Of a stretch of DNA of 64,000 nt, positions 1 to 10,500 are shown in pieces (position 1 is the stretch's first letter; each line of letters begins with the position of its first letter). The position numbers and the translations under genes are program-made. Source of the stretch: Waterburya sp. (GTDB taxonomy: Bacteria > Cyanobacteriota > Cyanobacteriia > Cyanobacteriales > Xenococcaceae); assembly GCA_965217895.1 (NCBI GenBank), contig CBDCJV010000002.1:2464001-2528000 (forward strand). The letters are read 5' to 3'. Under the pieces are notes generated by a model. It worked only from the letters and a program-made list of their open reading frames with translations, was not told the origin of the DNA and did not search any database.

Positions 1-585
1 TTTAATCATCATTTAAAAAAAGAAGATGCGCTGTATCAAGGTTCTATTCGCTATTTGGCTTCAGGTTGGCAACAAGAACAATGGACATATAATGCTTTAG
101 AAAAACAGTCTTTACCCCACAAGCTACAGGGAAAAGAAGTTACTAATTACAATAAAGCATTGCATCCTTATGAATTGTTTTGGTCTTTGTGTTTTGGCAT
201 CAAAAAGAAAACCTTTCTCGATCTTGGTGGTTTTGATACAGGATATCGTGGCTATGGAGGCGAAGATACTGACTTTGCTTTCATAATGCGATCGCAACAT
301 ATACCTTTATATAAAATAGGTGCTTTAGCCTATCATCAGTTTCATCCATCCTATACTCCTCCATTAAATTATCTAGAGGAAATAGTCAGTAATGCTCAGT
401 TTTTTTATCAGAAGTGGCAAATATTACCAATGAAAAAATGGCTTGATCAGTTTGCTGAGATGGGATATATTAGCCTACAAGATAATCAAATAGAAATTAT
501 TAAATATCCTACAGAAACAGAGATACAGACTTGTTTAAAAAATAGTAGGGGCGATTCGCGAATCGCCCCTACTAGATACGAATAA
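1..585 (+). CDS. GT2-family glycosyltransferase, C-terminal part (5' end outside the window)
   Basis: Frame is open from base 1 (FNHHLKKEDALYQGSIRY...). Motifs FWSLCF, GGFDTGYRGYGGEDTDF and HQFH are typical of the GT2/galactosyltransferase C-terminal domain. Confidence 0.85.
   Translation, partial: FNHHLKKEDALYQGSIRYLASGWQQEQWTYNALEKQSLPHKLQGKEVTNYNKALHPYELFWSLCFGIKKKTFLDLGGFDTGYRGYGGEDTDFAFIMRSQHIPLYKIGALAYHQFHPSYTPPLNYLEEIVSNAQFFYQKWQILPMKKWLDQFAEMGYISLQDNQIEIIKYPTETEIQTCLKNSRGDSRIAPTRYE
543..574. repeat. REP-like perfect 32-bp palindrome TAGTAGGGGCGATTCGCGAATCGCCCCTACTA
   Basis: Perfect inverted repeat read directly from the sequence; related copies at 35252 and 12619. Confidence 0.9.
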
Positions 586-1705
586 CATCATTTTGGATAT
601 CATGCTCAAAATTACAAACGGTTAAATAATTAGCTAACAATTTCACTTCAGATTCAATTGCTTTGGCTGCTTGTGCTGCACCGTCAACAGCCATAATCCG
701 ATCCCATTGATCGACATTGATTGTTTTTAAATTCTCTAGAGTAAAGGCTATCGAATCACTACAGGGAAAAGCTTCTCTTATCAAACACAAACCCAGCTTT
801 TCTAATAGTTGAGCTTTAATTACTTGTTCGTCAAAAGGTCTAGCTTCAGGAATACAGAGATAAGGTATTTTCGCTGTGCCAATTTCCATGACGGTATTAT
901 GTCCCCCAGAAGCGATCGCCATATCCGCAGCTTTAAGATAAATATAGGTATCCTCGCACCACCCCACAACAGAAACGTTGTCAGGTAAAACGTTATCTTC
1001 TCGATCAACTTTGCCCACTATTAACCATAGCCATGCTGGCGTAGCTAGTGCAGCAGCAGTAATATCAGCTAGAGAATGTTTGCTACCTCCTTTGCCGTTT
1101 AGCACCAAAGCCACCTGTTGCTGGGGAGATATATTTAGTGATTTTCTAGCAGCAGATTTGGTAGTTGTTCGCTGTGAATATCGAGAAAAACCAGGTGAAT
1201 ATATAGTTTTGGCTCGAATCCAGCTAGGTATACCCTCAAATTCTAAAATTTCAGGATAAGGAGCAAACAATTTATAGGCTGCATCATAACCTGCAAGATG
1301 AGGGTAGTCAGTGCGATCGCCATGTTGACGCACGGCAATTACGGGTACACCTAAAAACCGCAAATACTGGCTTATTTCGGCAGATACATCGACAATTACC
1401 GCCGTGGGGTTAGTTTTGCCTACCCATTCACTTAGCATGACTGCTCTTTGCCGATAGGCATCACTATAGTAGGGAGCATAATGAAAAGAATAAGTTTGAC
1501 AGTTTTGATTAATTGGCAAGTCAGGAACATACTCTACCTTATCTGGAGGCAAATCTAGTAGCTGGTAATTGCTCACTCCCTGCCAGTTTTGTTGACTAAC
1601 CCCCGTGCCGATGAAGGTAAGGGGGAAATTGAAGTTTTGGGCGATCGCATTAGCTCTTTGGGCGTGTCCCTTGCCGTGGAGGTGTATGTAGTAGCCAAGG
1701 TGCAT
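572..1705 (-). CDS. GT-B glycosyltransferase (GT28 C-terminal-like)
   Basis: N-terminal YYIHLHGKGHAQR; C-terminal AADMAIASGGHNTVME and IPEARPFDEQ. Confidence 0.8.
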   Translation of the reverse strand: MHLGYYIHLHGKGHAQRANAIAQNFNFPLTFIGTGVSQQNWQGVSNYQLLDLPPDKVEYVPDLPINQNCQTYSFHYAPYYSDAYRQRAVMLSEWVGKTNPTAVIVDVSAEISQYLRFLGVPVIAVRQHGDRTDYPHLAGYDAAYKLFAPYPEILEFEGIPSWIRAKTIYSPGFSRYSQRTTTKSAARKSLNISPQQQVALVLNGKGGSKHSLADITAAALATPAWLWLIVGKVDREDNVLPDNVSVVGWCEDTYIYLKAADMAIASGGHNTVMEIGTAKIPYLCIPEARPFDEQVIKAQLLEKLGLCLIREAFPCSDSIAFTLENLKTINVDQWDRIMAVDGAAQAAKAIESEVKLLANYLTVCNFEHDIQNDVIRI

Positions 1706-2748
1706 AGTTTTTCTTTATGTCGGTTAATAATTCGTTCAAAAGCCTGAATATATTTATCAATCATGGTTTCTAGGCTAAAACGTTCTAAAGCTAGCTTTCT
1801 GCATGAGTAGCGAGACAAACGTTTTACCTGCTTCATCGCCTTTGCCATGGCATCGGTATCGTTAGGAGGAACTAAAATACCTGTTTGACAATCTAAAATT
1901 TCAGACATGGCACCACGATCAAATGCCACCACAGGAGTACCACAGGCAAGACTTTCTATAACCACTAAGCCAAAAGGTTCAGACCACACAGGAGTAGAGA
2001 GAGTCATTGCCGCTGACTGCAATAAAGGCACTAACTCTTCTTGTCCTAAATGTCCTAAATATTCAACTCCTTTATTCAGGTGAGGTTCAATTTTGGTAGC
2101 AAAATATTCTCGATCGCCAATTTTCCCAGCGATAACTAACTGAATTTTTGCTTTTTGAGCAGCTTCAATAGCCAGATGAGTACCTTTATCAGGAATAATT
2201 CTTCCTATCCAAACAGCGCAGTTTCGATGATAAAAAGGTAAATAACTAAATGTTTTTGTGTCCACGCCATTATGAATTATTTCCAGGCGATCGCTATCTA
2301 AACCCCATAGTTTGGTGTTAAACTTAGAAATAGAAATATAGTAACCCCGCTTTTTCCTTTCACGATAGCGAATGGCACTCAATAGACGGGAAAAAGGAGG
2401 AGTATGTAAGGTTGTGACCAAAGGCGCAGATAAACGATCTTCTAGAATTATCGGAAAGTAGTTTAGAGAATTATCGTGTACTAAATCAAAGTCTTCAGTG
2501 CTGAGATAGTCCATAATGTTCAGATAAGCCTCATGAGATTCCTCTTCATGATTTAAACAAAAAGAAGTGTCTAAAATTGGCTCTAAAGATAGGTTAAGAC
2601 TGCGATCGCTTTCTGGATGAGCAAATAAAGTGACTTGACAACCTTTTTTTTCTAATTCTGTGACGATGCTATGGGTGAAGCGTTCAATACCTCCAGCAAA
2701 TGGCTCTTTAATTGGAAATCGACGATGCCCTAGAACTGCTATTTTCAT
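1573..2748 (-). CDS. GT4-family glycosyltransferase
   Basis: PFAGGIE, IIHNGVD, GRIIPDKG, EPFGLVVIESLACGTPV. Confidence 0.9.
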   Translation of the reverse strand: MKIAVLGHRRFPIKEPFAGGIERFTHSIVTELEKKGCQVTLFAHPESDRSLNLSLEPILDTSFCLNHEEESHEAYLNIMDYLSTEDFDLVHDNSLNYFPIILEDRLSAPLVTTLHTPPFSRLLSAIRYRERKKRGYYISISKFNTKLWGLDSDRLEIIHNGVDTKTFSYLPFYHRNCAVWIGRIIPDKGTHLAIEAAQKAKIQLVIAGKIGDREYFATKIEPHLNKGVEYLGHLGQEELVPLLQSAAMTLSTPVWSEPFGLVVIESLACGTPVVAFDRGAMSEILDCQTGILVPPNDTDAMAKAMKQVKRLSRYSCRKLALERFSLETMIDKYIQAFERIINRHKEKLCTLATTYTSTARDTPKELMRSPKTSISPLPSSARGLVNKTGRE

Positions 2749-2887
2749 TTTGATTTAGATTACTAAAAACTAATTAACAATGGCAGAGCAATTAACAAGT
2801 TCAAGCAGCTATATTTTTGTCATTTTATTTATTGAAGTTAGTCGTTAGTCGTTTGTAGTCAAAGAAACTAGTCGCCAGCCACTACTT

Positions 2888-3052
2888 ATACCATTTCTCC
2901 TTGAAGTTGCACTTAAGTATTTGAGCTTAAAACTCTCGCAAAGACGCAAAGCGGTGCGACCCCGCGTCGACGTAAGGCGCAAGGGAACGCGCACCAAGAC
3001 AGACGCTAAGGGGGTAGATTTTATTTAGTGCATTGTCATAGAGAGTTGGTAT
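2888..3052. mobile_element. MITE-like element with imperfect ~26-bp terminal inverted repeats and a nested GC-rich hairpin
   Basis: Left end ATACCATTTCTCCTTGAAGTTGCACT versus right end AGTGCATTGTCATAGAGAGTTGGTAT; internal GGTGCG...CGCACC hairpin at 2953-2995. Confidence 0.6.
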
Positions 3053-3367
3053 TACTTCCAATGAGAAGTCAACAAAGCATAGACAAAAAATAGGTGCTTT
3101 AATATACAAATGAAATTCTTAAAACTATCTTAATAGCCTGTTAATGTGCTGATTTTATTTAATCAAGACATTGAATTTGTAAATATTCTCTGTTACAAAA
3201 ATAACATTCTCAGCTGATTACCTATATCTGTCTAGATAAATATTTTTATTATTTTTGTGGTTTGTTTTTGTATCTTTTCTATAACTATTGAATGATGCAA
3301 ATTTTATGAATAAATTAAAGTTTAACTGAAGTCTTGTCATAGTTTTAGACTAACTATCTATTAGATG

Positions 3368-4570
3368 TTAGATGTCTAAAAAAACTTTAGTTACACCCTG
3401 ACGTAGTTGCTTTTGTCTTCTTAGCCATGATGCGCGGATGCCTGGACGAATTATGGTTGCAAAGGTTTTCGCACCCCAACGCAAAAAAGCATAATTATGC
3501 AATAATTCGGCTTGTCCCACTTCTTGTGCCTGTAGCTGTTGAATACGTATAATTTCGGGTTCTCTTTCTAACTGAATTTGAGGTAGTGCTGCATCAATTT
3601 TGCTTAAATTGGCTGATGATTGAGTTAATAGAGGGACTAGATGGTTGATAGCGACAATTACGTCTCGAAACGCCATATTAATACCCTGAGCGCGGATGGG
3701 GGACATGGGATGAACCGCATCTCCTAATAAAAGTAAGCCAGGCACTGACCAGCGATCGCAGCGTCCAACAACAACGGACAATAACATAGGCTTGGTCAAA
3801 CTTTGTCTGTGTTCTAAAATATGTTCTGCTAACCAAGGAGGTGAAGTGGCTGCTAATTTTTCAACCCAGTCTACCTGTTGCCAATCATAATTATCATCGG
3901 CGTGCAATCCCCAACCTATATGAAATTGACCTGATGAAGCTCGAAACAAACCAAACCTCTCACGCCCTTGCAAGATTGAATAAAAGATATTTTTTGATTT
4001 TGCGAAAACACCAGAATCCAACTTAAACCAAAGAATATCTAGATTATTTTGTAGCTTAGTTAAATTTAAGCCCGCTTTTTTTCTAATTACAGAATTCCGC
4101 CCATCTCCTGCAATAACTAAATCGGCAGTTATTTCTTGACCTGAAGCCAGTTTAACTCCAGAAACTCTCTCTGAAGAATATAAAAGATCTTGGATAGCTT
4201 CACCCTGAATAAATTCAAACGAGGGATATGTTTCGGCCTGCTCAATAATTGCTGCCAGCAAATGAGGCTGAGAAACTACTGTAGTGTGGTGTTTTCCTCT
4301 TCCTATTGGTTCATCAACTCGAAATAAAGTTCGACCAGACAATAAAAATTCCCAGGCATCTATGGCTCGATGGGGAACTTCTGCTAAAAGCTCTAATAAA
4401 TCCATTTGTTTTAGAGCATCTAAGCCACTAGGCATTAAGCCTTCTCCCCGAAACAACCGCTTAAAATCACGAGATGCCTCTACTAATTTGACTGCAATTC
4501 CCTTTTTGCTCAACAGCAGTGCCATTGTCGCTCCAGTAGGCCCTGCCCCAACAATTACAACCTGCGTCAT
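3368..4570 (-). CDS. FAD-dependent oxidoreductase/monooxygenase (UbiH-like family)
   Basis: GAGPTG Rossmann motif, DG motif (IAGDGRNS), GDAVHPMSPIRAQGINMA. Confidence 0.9.
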   Translation of the reverse strand: MTQVVIVGAGPTGATMALLLSKKGIAVKLVEASRDFKRLFRGEGLMPSGLDALKQMDLLELLAEVPHRAIDAWEFLLSGRTLFRVDEPIGRGKHHTTVVSQPHLLAAIIEQAETYPSFEFIQGEAIQDLLYSSERVSGVKLASGQEITADLVIAGDGRNSVIRKKAGLNLTKLQNNLDILWFKLDSGVFAKSKNIFYSILQGRERFGLFRASSGQFHIGWGLHADDNYDWQQVDWVEKLAATSPPWLAEHILEHRQSLTKPMLLSVVVGRCDRWSVPGLLLLGDAVHPMSPIRAQGINMAFRDVIVAINHLVPLLTQSSANLSKIDAALPQIQLEREPEIIRIQQLQAQEVGQAELLHNYAFLRWGAKTFATIIRPGIRASWLRRQKQLRQGVTKVFLDI

Positions 4571-4662
4571 GAAATAATTTTACTAATTAGGCGTAGTAAA
4601 TAAAATTGTATTTCATGTTCACCCTAAAACTGACTTAAATGCTTAATGTTTAATGCTCAATG

Positions 4663-5886
4663 TCAAATATTACTGGCTTTAATTAAAACCTGTTCGTATT
4701 TTTGCCCTACCTTATCCCAAGTGTATTCCTGCTTGACGAGCGATCGCGCATTTGCCGATAGCTTTTCTCGTAGCTTGGGTTCAGAAAACAAACGACCAAT
4801 AGCATAAATATATTCTTCTAAAGTATTAGCCCGCATAGCTCTTAGGGGAACAGTTGCCCCGTCAACCTTAAACTCTGCCAAAGCGCGATCGCTCCCCACC
4901 ACGGGAACTCCTGCTGCCATTGCTTCTAAAGTGCGGTTTCGTAAGCCATATCCTTGGCGAATGGGAATTACGCAGACAGTTGCCCAATGCAGATATTCTA
5001 CAACAGAGCTAACTTCACCCGTTACAAGTATTCCTGGTAAGTTTTTTAATTCTAAAATCTCTGCTACGGGGTTTGCGCCTACTAGCTCTAAGACAGCTTC
5101 AGGATAGCGTTGGCGAATGGCGGGAAATACCTCTAGTGCCAAAAAAAGGGCTGCATCGATATTTACAGGGCTATCCATCTTACCCACAAAGACAATTTTT
5201 TGTCCTCCCTGGTTGGTAATTCGATAGGGAAACTTGTCCAAATCAACGCCGTTAGGAATCATGGTTACTGAACATTCTGACTCTAATTCACGGACAATAC
5301 GTCTATCTTTGCTTGTTACCGTCACAATCTGGCTAAATTTTTCTAGATAGCTTTGTTCGTAGCGTTTTTGCAATCCTAAATTAATTTGATCTTTAATTTC
5401 GTTATTGGAGTCTCCTGTTGCCAGTTGCTGTTTGTATTTACCGTATTCTGAAAAGTGCAGATTTAAGACCACTCCTAGCTGTTTGTGCCATTTTGGATCA
5501 ACATAAATCTCATCGCTACTATCTTCGCAGGCGATCGCTTCAAACTTATTTTGACCAACAGCTTGATTGATCCACTCTGCCATTTCAGGAGAATAATTGT
5601 CTAAGACATCAGGTGGTGTTCGCTGCTGAATAAATACTCCTAGACGTTTGGCTTTATCGAGCAATTTTAAAGGTTCAACCTTTTTGGCTACAGGAAAAGT
5701 AACTAGCTTATGTGTCTGCTTTTGTATATTTTCTACCTCCCGATCGCTAACTTCTGCACTGCGACGAGTCACTAAGGTAACTTGATGGCGACTATAAAGA
5801 TATTGCAGTAAATGAAATGTTCTTAGCTGTTTTCTGCCTTTAGTTGGTGGATAAGGAAAAGTAGAGCAGAGAATAAGGATGTTCAT
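4663..5886 (-). CDS. GT4-family glycosyltransferase
   Basis: FPYPPTKG, IPNGVD, TLEAMAAGVPVV. Confidence 0.85.
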   Translation of the reverse strand: MNILILCSTFPYPPTKGRKQLRTFHLLQYLYSRHQVTLVTRRSAEVSDREVENIQKQTHKLVTFPVAKKVEPLKLLDKAKRLGVFIQQRTPPDVLDNYSPEMAEWINQAVGQNKFEAIACEDSSDEIYVDPKWHKQLGVVLNLHFSEYGKYKQQLATGDSNNEIKDQINLGLQKRYEQSYLEKFSQIVTVTSKDRRIVRELESECSVTMIPNGVDLDKFPYRITNQGGQKIVFVGKMDSPVNIDAALFLALEVFPAIRQRYPEAVLELVGANPVAEILELKNLPGILVTGEVSSVVEYLHWATVCVIPIRQGYGLRNRTLEAMAAGVPVVGSDRALAEFKVDGATVPLRAMRANTLEEYIYAIGRLFSEPKLREKLSANARSLVKQEYTWDKVGQKYEQVLIKASNI

Positions 5887-6268
5887 ATACAGTTACTCAT
5901 AAAAAGATGGCGTTAAGAGATACTGATTGACCAAGAATTACACTAACGATTTCTATTCTTAGGTTTTTTATTAATCGACTATGGGCAAGATCACTTACCA
6001 ACCAACATAATTAAAGCTTTAAATCATACTTTATTAAAATGAGAACTACTATATTATTCGATCTTAATTTAAATGTTAAAGACTCTCAGCAGAATATTAG
6101 GTGGATTTGGAACTGTTAGAGGTGCTACTTATCCTTTTAAAGCCTTGATAACTTTTATTAAAAATCCCTGCCTGATTAAATATATTGCAGTTGCGATCGC
6201 CCTATACGGTCGTATTTAGGAAATTATTTCCAAAATCATAGTCACGTCTGGCGACTAAGCTGTTACCT

Positions 6269-7495
6269 TTGAACAGAAAAACTATATTTGTTGAAATTTT
6301 AACCGTGAGGCAATATCTTGAATACTTAATTCCTTTTGTCAATCCTAAAATTAAGTTTTGGACATGGGAAGCTCGCTTATTGAATTGGTTAACCTGTGTT
6401 TGGTTGATTATTGGTTTGGTTACTTTAGTATCAGCGTCTTATCCTGAAGGAGTTGTAAACAACAATGATGGGCTATACATTTTAAAACGACAGCTAATTG
6501 GCGTTGGTGTGGGAATTATTGGATTCAACTTGATGGCAAATCAGCCCCTCAAAAAAACTATCAGGATTTCTCCTCTGATGGTTTTGGTTTTTCTTCTATT
6601 TATCTTTGTTACTTTGATTCCAGGTTTAGGCAAGACAACGATGGGAGCTAGTCGCTGGATTGCTATTGGACCATTTTCATTACAGCCATCAGAATTAATC
6701 AAACCTTTCCTCGTACTACAGGCAGCTTATTTATTCTCTCGCTGGGGAAGGCTAACAAATAAGATACGTCTAGCTTGGCTAGCTGTGTTTGCGTTGGTAT
6801 TAGCAGGAATTCTCAAACAGCCCAATTTAAGTACTACGGGATTATGTGGCATGAGTTTGTGGTTAATTGCTTTAGCAGCAGAATTGCCCTGGAGTCAGCT
6901 AATGGCAGTTTCTCTGGGTGGAATCAGCATCGCTAGCTTAAGTATTGCTTTAAATTCTTATCAGCTAGACCGAATTACTTCTTTTATTAATCCCTGGAAA
7001 GATTATCATAATAAGGGATACCAGCTAATTCAAAGCTTGCTGGCGATCGCCTCAGGCAAATTTGATGGTTCGGGTTTTGGATTATCGCAACAAAAATTAT
7101 CATACTTACCAATTCGCTCTACAGACTTTATTTTTGCGGTTTATGCCGAGGAATTTGGCTTTATTGGCTGTGTGCTACTATTATTGCTGATTATTGGCTA
7201 TGGAACACTAGCTTTGAGGGTAGCCATTAAATGTCGCCAAAGTATCCCCAGATTAGTCGCCGTAGGAAGTATGGTATTTATCGTTGGTCAATCATTAATC
7301 AACATTGGGGTGGCAACAGGTTCTTTGCCTACTACTGGACTGCCTTTACCCTTCTTTAGCTATGGCATCAATTCAATTATTGCCTCATTATTGCTGGCTG
7401 GATTATTGGTGCGAGTTGCCAGAGAAAGCAACACCGCTCAGGTAATTAACCTTAAAGGAATTTCTCCGACTCAGCAGCCCTTGACTAGGAGATAA
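6269..7495 (+). CDS. ftsW: FtsW/RodA/SpoVE SEDS protein (start may be the GTG at 6305)
   Basis: GASRWI, QPSELIK, QPNLST, GYQLIQS, TDFIFAVYAEEFG, TGLPLPFFSYG. Confidence 0.85.
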   Translation: MNRKTIFVEILTVRQYLEYLIPFVNPKIKFWTWEARLLNWLTCVWLIIGLVTLVSASYPEGVVNNNDGLYILKRQLIGVGVGIIGFNLMANQPLKKTIRISPLMVLVFLLFIFVTLIPGLGKTTMGASRWIAIGPFSLQPSELIKPFLVLQAAYLFSRWGRLTNKIRLAWLAVFALVLAGILKQPNLSTTGLCGMSLWLIALAAELPWSQLMAVSLGGISIASLSIALNSYQLDRITSFINPWKDYHNKGYQLIQSLLAIASGKFDGSGFGLSQQKLSYLPIRSTDFIFAVYAEEFGFIGCVLLLLLIIGYGTLALRVAIKCRQSIPRLVAVGSMVFIVGQSLINIGVATGSLPTTGLPLPFFSYGINSIIASLLLAGLLVRVARESNTAQVINLKGISPTQQPLTRR

Positions 7496-7598
7496 AAAAC
7501 GATTATACGATAGGGCATCTAAACTTAATTAAGATTAAATTAGTAATCAAAATAAATCTCATAAAAATTTCTGCCTTATTTTCTAATCTGGATTAACT

Positions 7599-10500
7599 AT
7601 GTCCACTCCCGACAGGTATTTGCTCAATTCTGCCTTTGAAGTCACTAATTCCGAGAAAAAAATGCACGTTCCAGGCTCAATTATTGGCAATCGTTATCAG
7701 ATTATTCAAAAGTTAGGTAGAGAAGAAATAAGAAAAACTTACTTAGCTAAAGATTTGCAGGCTACAGGAGATGCTAGATGTGCTGTGGAGCAGTTAAGCC
7801 CAGTCTGTAATGAGACAAATTGGCAGCTTATTAAGCAGCACTTAATCAAAGAAGTAGAGGTTCTTAAAAGACTGGGAGATCACCCCCAAATCCCGCAATT
7901 TTACAATTACTTTAGCGAAGATCGGCAATTTTATCTGATTCGAGAGTATATTGATGGGGACAATTTAGAGCAGGAAGTCGAACGAAAACTACTAGATGAA
8001 GCCGAAGTAATTCATCTAATGCAGGATGCCTTGAGAATTCTTGATTTTGTTCATAAAACAAACGTTATTCATGGTGATGTTAAACCAATCCACTTAGTTA
8101 GAAGAAAGCGTGATAACAACTTTGTTTTAATTAATTTTGGGGCTATTCGAGAGCTTGAATCAACGGCACTCAATTTTCAAGGAGAAGTAATCTCCAGCAA
8201 ATCTTTAGGTAATTGGGCTTATATTGCCCCAGAGCAGCAATCAGGAGAGTCTAACTTTAGTAGCGATCTTTATGCCCTTGCTCAAACGGCTATTTATGCC
8301 TTGACAGGAAAATCTCCTCAAGAGCTTGAGCAAGCCAATATTACTTGGTCAAGTCAGTGTCAGATAAGCTCTAAGCTAGAGGCAATTCTCAGCAAAATGA
8401 CCTTATTCAAGATTGAAGAACGATATCTCTCTGCCCTAGAAGTTTTGCAGGATTTACGACCATTACTTAGGCTGAAGCAGGTGGTAGGAGGACGTTATGC
8501 TATCACTAATTATTTAGGCGGAAAAAAACGCATAGAAACCTATTTAGCCGACAACCTGCGCCGTCAATATCAGTCTCCTTGTTTAATTAAGCAAATTGAA
8601 TTACCGAATGTTCAGGGTGATGGCGAGACAAAAATAGAAAAGCGTTTTGCTGAAGAATTATCAATTTTAGAAAGGCTGGGTTATCACGAGCAAATTCCTC
8701 AGCTTCGGGATCATTTTACCGAAAATGATGAATTTTACTTGGTTCAAGAATATATTCCTGGAGAAAATCTAGCTCAGAAAATAGAGCAGCAAGCTTTATC
8801 CACCGCTCAAATAATCAATATTTTAATTAGTACTCTAGGTGTTCTGCATTTTATTCATCAAAACCGTATTATTCATCGTAATATCAGACCTTCTAATTTA
8901 CTAATTTGCCCAGCAGATCAGCAGGTGGTAATTACTGACTTTGGAACTTTGGCAGATATTGCAACTTTGCCCAATGCTACTTTAGATCCTAGTCAAAGTC
9001 AGGATAAACAAAACTATTGCTCTCCTGAACAAATCGCTGGTAGACCAACTATTAGCAGCGATCTTTATGCTTTGGGTATGACAGCAATAGAGGCTCTGAC
9101 TAAAACTAAACCAGGTAGGTTTTCTAGAGATAGACAAACGGGTAAGCTACTATGGCAGGAAAATCTGGTGGTCGATCGCCGTTTTGCCAAAATTATTGAC
9201 AAAATGGTTTGTTTGGATTTAGGTCAACGTTATCAATCTGCTTCCAAGATTCTTGATGATCTGCAAAAAATTAAATCTGTTTCTAAGTTGGCTACTAGAA
9301 AACCGCTACAGCAGAAAAAAAGGAAAGCTGCAGGTCATCGACAGTCTCAATTTAAACTACCTGTATTACCAGCTTTAATCGGATTGTTAGGTCTAATCTG
9401 TTTATTAGGCAGTATTGAATTTGCTTTTCCTACAGTTAGACCAATTTATTACTGGTATCAAGGCAAAAAACTATTATCTAAAAAACCTCAAGCTGCTCTC
9501 AACAATTTTACAAAAGCCATCGATCTTAAACCCAGTAGTTTCCTGGCTTGGTCAGGGAGAGGAGATGCTTTATCTAATTTAGGACGTTATCCCCAAGCTT
9601 TGGGAGCATATTCTGAAGCAATTAAATTGAGTAAAGCCAACTTTAAAATTTGGAAAAAACAGGGAGACAGCTATTATCAATTAGAACAGTTTACTAAAGC
9701 GATCGCTGCTTATAATCGCGCTTTAGAATTAGAACAAAACGATGCAGAATTATATAATCACAAAGGTAAAGCTCTATATGAGTTACAGAACTATGATGCA
9801 GCTTTAACTATGCAGGACTCTGCTATAGCCTTAGATGAGTCTAATGCTGAGTTTTTGAGCGATCGCGCTAAGAATTTACTGGCATTAAATAAATATGACG
9901 ATGCTTTGACGGTGTTTAATCGAGTTCAGGCAATTAAACCTTTGGACGTAGAACTATGGCAAGATAAACCTTTGGTCTTAGCAGCTTTAAACCGTCCTCA
10001 AGAAGCAAAGCAAGTCTATCAGGAAATTATTGCCAACTATCAAAAATTGCTGCAAAAACCGCCTCAAGATGCCCAAATATGGCTGACACAAGCAGAGTTT
10101 TTTACCAATAGTCAAATGTACCAAAAAGCCCTCAATTCCTTTGAACAGGCAATTAAGTTAAAACCCGATTTCTACCAGGCTTGGCTGGGCAAAGGCAAAG
10201 TTTTAGCAGAATTAGATCGCCCTCAAGAAGCTTTAACCGCCTTGGACAAAGCTTTGCAAATTCAATCAGAATCATATCTAGCTTGGCAAGCAAAGGGTCA
10301 AGTATATCAAAATCAGCAAAATTTAGCTCTAGCGATCGCCAGCTACAATCAGGCTATTAGCCTTAACCCTAGTTATGCTCCGCTTTGGCGCGATCGCGGA
10401 TTGGCATTTAATCAGCAACAGAACTACACTAAAGGCATTGAATCTTTAACTAAAGCTAGCAAAATTGCGCCCCAAGATCAGGCTACCTGGGTCGGTTTAG

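Noticed and set aside
2927..3109. 60-aa ORF
   Set aside because: Runs through the MITE and hairpin repeat; no protein motif.
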